This document shows positions 61,054-64,000 of a stretch of 64,000 nucleotides of DNA, piece by piece. A program made the position numbers and the translations under genes. Position 1 is the stretch's first letter. Each line of letters opens with the position of its first letter. The stretch is from an uncultured candidate division Zixibacteria bacterium. Lineage in GTDB: Bacteria > Zixibacteria > MSB-5A5 > UBA10806 > 4484-95. Location of the stretch: assembly GCA_963668625.2 (NCBI GenBank), contig CAXXKA010000005.1:160001-224000 (forward strand), given 5' to 3'. The notes under the pieces are model-generated. The model saw only the letters and a program-made list of their open reading frames with translations. It was not told the origin of the DNA and did no database searches.

Positions 61054-63078
61054 TTAACGGGAATAAATTTTCAGGATATCGCCCCGTTTCAGGTATCTGG
61101 GGTTTGTTATATTATTCCAATCCATAAGTTCGCGAATACTGACATTAAAATGTTGGGAAATCTTCCAGAGCGAATCACCTCGCTTAACCTTATAGCTTAC
61201 AGGATCTTTCGAGGTACTACTTGATGCTATACTTGAGCCGGATTGCGGAATTTTAAGTTTCATATTAGGATAGATTCTATTCGAGGACAAGCGATTATGT
61301 GATTTTAAAACCTCGATTGAAATACCGAACTTGCTTGCAATTTTGAATAATGAATCGCCGCGCCTGACAATATACACCCCCGTTTTCGAGGAGGCATTAG
61401 AATTAGCCCTGGCTGTACTGCTATTGCCGGGAATAATCAACTTGCGCCCGGGGTATATCCGGTTGGAGGATAAGCTATTGGCTCTTTTCAAGCTGGATAA
61501 ACTTACACCATGAGCTTTGGCTATCTCCCATAACGTATCGCCTCGTCTGACTTTATACGAGCCACTGCTGGAGGGTATCACACTCGAGGAGTAATTAGCC
61601 CAGGAGCCACCGGTTGTAGGCACCATTAATTTTTGCCCGACAAATATGCGATACGGCCTGGTTAAGTTATTAGCGGAAATAATCGAGGACATCGAGACGC
61701 CGTATTTCTTGGCAATTGTCGAGACGGTCTGTCCTTTTCGCACTTTGTGTTGAACCCAGTTGGTGCTCTTTTCAGAGGGGATTTTGTCGTAAGAGGCCAG
61801 GAATTTTTCCTGATGGCCTTTAGTAATTCTGAGCTTATAGTTTTTAACATCCGGCGGAGTCACACCACGGATCAGCTCCGGGTTAAGTTCCTCCAGCGCG
61901 GGCACGCTAACCCCCGTATGCTTGGCGATATTGGCAAATGTCATGCATTTGGATATCTCGACAACATCCCATTCCAATGTCTTTTGATATTTAGGCGCGA
62001 AACCATATTTCTCCGGTTGCTTGGCTATCATGGTTGCGGCCATATAAAGCGGTACATAATTGCGTGTTTGTTTCAGTAATTTCAGTTTCCAAAAATCCCG
62101 GGTTTTCTGACGTTTGATCAAACGCCTTACTCTGCCCTCGCCACCGTTATAAGAGGCTAACGCCAGTTCCCACGAATCAAATTCCTCGTAGAGATCACGC
62201 AAATACCTGGCGGCCGCCCTGGTCGATTTCTCGAAATCACGACGCTCATCATACCACCAATTCCTTTTCATACCATACCGTCTACCGGTAGCATAGATAA
62301 ACTGCCACGGGCCAACAGCCCTGGCGTATGAATAGGCGTGAACGTTAAAGCCCGACTCTATAAGCGGCAGGTAAACCAGGTCGCTGGGTACGCCTTCCTC
62401 CTCGAGTATTTTTTCCATGACCGGAATATACTTGGTGGAGCGACTCAGGAACCGTTCGAATGATTCATGGGCAACTGTCTGGTAATATGCCAGACAATTT
62501 TCAACTTTAGTGTTTAAATATATCGGGACATTGTAGGTAACCGAATCTTTGGATGGCAGATGAAATTGCCCGGATTCTTTTAACTGTTTGAAATTTTTGA
62601 TATCGGAAAACAGCTCCCGAAACGCCACCGCCGATCCCTCCGAATACAACACTCCCGAGGTCATCAGTGTTAGACGGTAGTCGGATTCTATCTCCTTCAA
62701 CAGGGTTTCCAGCCATCGGGTCTCCGAGGGAAATACATCGGTATCGAAATCAACCTCCGAAAGCATCATTAATGCCTCCTCGAATGCGATCTGCGAGGAG
62801 TCCAGGACATTCATCTGATAATACATGACACCATCGGTGTAATGGTTTTCTGCAGCGGTTAGTGCCTGACGAATTTCGGTAAGCTGACTCGAGTCGGCAA
62901 TTATATAATCATCACTATAATTAGCAGTATTAGTCTCGGTATCACCGGTTGCGATAGAAACACCGCGGTTCGTGTGCGAACATCCGGCTATAATCAAAAT
63001 TAATGCAATGAGCCCTATGAAATTCTTCAAAACATCTCTCCTTTTATTGTAACTCGTTGCATATAATACGATTGACAC
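61054..63078 (-). CDS. MltD-like lytic transglycosylase with multiple LysM domains
   Basis: IESGFN, AVGPWQF, ASYNGGEG and TRNYVP motifs; repeated VRRGD LysM modules. Confidence 0.92.
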   Translation of the reverse strand: MSIVLYATSYNKRRDVLKNFIGLIALILIIAGCSHTNRGVSIATGDTETNTANYSDDYIIADSSQLTEIRQALTAAENHYTDGVMYYQMNVLDSSQIAFEEALMMLSEVDFDTDVFPSETRWLETLLKEIESDYRLTLMTSGVLYSEGSAVAFRELFSDIKNFKQLKESGQFHLPSKDSVTYNVPIYLNTKVENCLAYYQTVAHESFERFLSRSTKYIPVMEKILEEEGVPSDLVYLPLIESGFNVHAYSYARAVGPWQFIYATGRRYGMKRNWWYDERRDFEKSTRAAARYLRDLYEEFDSWELALASYNGGEGRVRRLIKRQKTRDFWKLKLLKQTRNYVPLYMAATMIAKQPEKYGFAPKYQKTLEWDVVEISKCMTFANIAKHTGVSVPALEELNPELIRGVTPPDVKNYKLRITKGHQEKFLASYDKIPSEKSTNWVQHKVRKGQTVSTIAKKYGVSMSSIISANNLTRPYRIFVGQKLMVPTTGGSWANYSSSVIPSSSGSYKVRRGDTLWEIAKAHGVSLSSLKRANSLSSNRIYPGRKLIIPGNSSTARANSNASSKTGVYIVRRGDSLFKIASKFGISIEVLKSHNRLSSNRIYPNMKLKIPQSGSSIASSSTSKDPVSYKVKRGDSLWKISQHFNVSIRELMDWNNITNPRYLKRGDILKIYSR

Positions 63079-63084
63079 TTTAAG

Positions 63085-64000
63085 TCAAGTACTTTTAAGG
63101 TAATTGTCAGATAATTCATAAATTTCTTTTTCAAAATCCTTAATAGTTGGATCGAACCAGTTGATTCGATCATTCTTACGGAACCAGGTTAACTGCCTTT
63201 TGGCGTAGTTTCTATGATGTTGTTTTACTTTTGATATCGCCTCATCGCGGGGTATATCGTTGTCAAACATACAAGCGATCATATCGGTATAACCAATCAT
63301 CTTTCTTTTTCGTACGAAACCAAGATAAGGTTCCAATTTCTTTACCTCTGCCTCAAATCCCATATCTATCATAGTATCGACACGTTTATTAATTCGTTCA
63401 TACAGTTCTTTTCGATTAAAAGTAATTCCGAGCCACAACGGGTTCCCCAATGAGGGCAAATACTCGCCGTCTCTCTGAAGTTCCGTAATCGTGGAGCCTG
63501 TTTGATGGTGAATCTCTAATGCCCTGTATAATCTGGCGGTATCCCTCGGTTTTAGCCTGCCGGCTGTTTCCTCATCGACAAGCGCCAGCATATCATGGAG
63601 TTTCTCGATACCGAATTTCTCGACTATATCATCCAGGCGTTTTCGGTATTCCGGGTCGGGCTGCGGAGATTTGAATATGCCTTCGGTCAAAGCTTTCAGA
63701 TATAAACCGGTGCCGCCAACCACTATCGGCAATATGTCTTTAGCGCTCAATTCGGTCATCAACTCCCGCGCCATCCGGGCATACTGGTAGGCGGAAAACA
63801 TCTCGTTTAGCTCCAGAATATCAAACAGGTGATGTTTAACCTTTGCCATCTCTTCCGGGGTCGGTTTGGCCGTGCCTATAGTCGTATGCTTATATATCTG
63901 ACGGGAATCGGCGTTGACTATCTCGCCGCCATAGCGACGGGCGAGTTTTATCCCGAGGCCGGTTTTGCCGGTGCAGGTAGGGCCGCATACTATAATGAAA
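63085..64000 (-). CDS. miaA: tRNA dimethylallyltransferase (5' truncated by the window edge)
   Basis: The frame extends to the window end: GPTCTGKT, DSRQIY, IGTAKP, VGGTGLY and YAKRQLTWF. Confidence 0.95.
   Translation of the reverse strand, partial: FIIVCGPTCTGKTGLGIKLARRYGGEIVNADSRQIYKHTTIGTAKPTPEEMAKVKHHLFDILELNEMFSAYQYARMARELMTELSAKDILPIVVGGTGLYLKALTEGIFKSPQPDPEYRKRLDDIVEKFGIEKLHDMLALVDEETAGRLKPRDTARLYRALEIHHQTGSTITELQRDGEYLPSLGNPLWLGITFNRKELYERINKRVDTMIDMGFEAEVKKLEPYLGFVRKRKMIGYTDMIACMFDNDIPRDEAISKVKQHHRNYAKRQLTWFRKNDRINWFDPTIKDFEKEIYELSDNYLKST

Noticed and set aside
1-64000. Numerous 60-250 aa ORFs antisense to or overlapping identified genes (e.g. 40353-41096, 31126-31728, 5525-6016)
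   Set aside because: They are shadow frames of well-supported genes and carry no motifs.
1-64000. CRISPR array, integron or prophage
   Set aside because: No regularly spaced repeats, cas genes, tyrosine/serine integrase or phage structural genes were seen.

Overview
Bacterial chromosomal window from a diderm organism. It is probably FCB-superphylum-like (for example Zixibacteria); this is inferred from the many YPNPFN...K C-terminal sorting-domain (CTD) proteins and is not a database result. Housekeeping blocks: an LPS/envelope operon (msbA, three GT9 genes, O-antigen ligase, rel, pgeF, uppP, amrS, aminotransferase, ROK kinase); an acyl-CoA activase; biotin carboxylase, BCCP and mce; the rimP-nusA-infB-rbfA-nrnA-truB-ribF-rpsO-pnp operon; tRNA-Arg(CCT); leuS; a GH57 hydrolase; and miaA-mltD-sppA-HU-bS22. 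Accessory material sits between these blocks. There are four secreted proteins with a shared T9SS-type/FlgD-like CTD, one split inside its CTD by an IS3 element and two with GC-mosaic bodies, plus an orphan CTD relic, a PorV/FadL-like barrel and two LVIVD lipoproteins. There is also a dense layer of small palindromic elements: three REP-like families and a ~130-bp MITE present twice, each time at a GAAA/TTTC tetranucleotide within a GTCATTCC-type REP. A REP plus the 5' third of the tRNA is duplicated around a small TonB-C gene. No CRISPR array, integrase, reverse transcriptase or prophage was seen.
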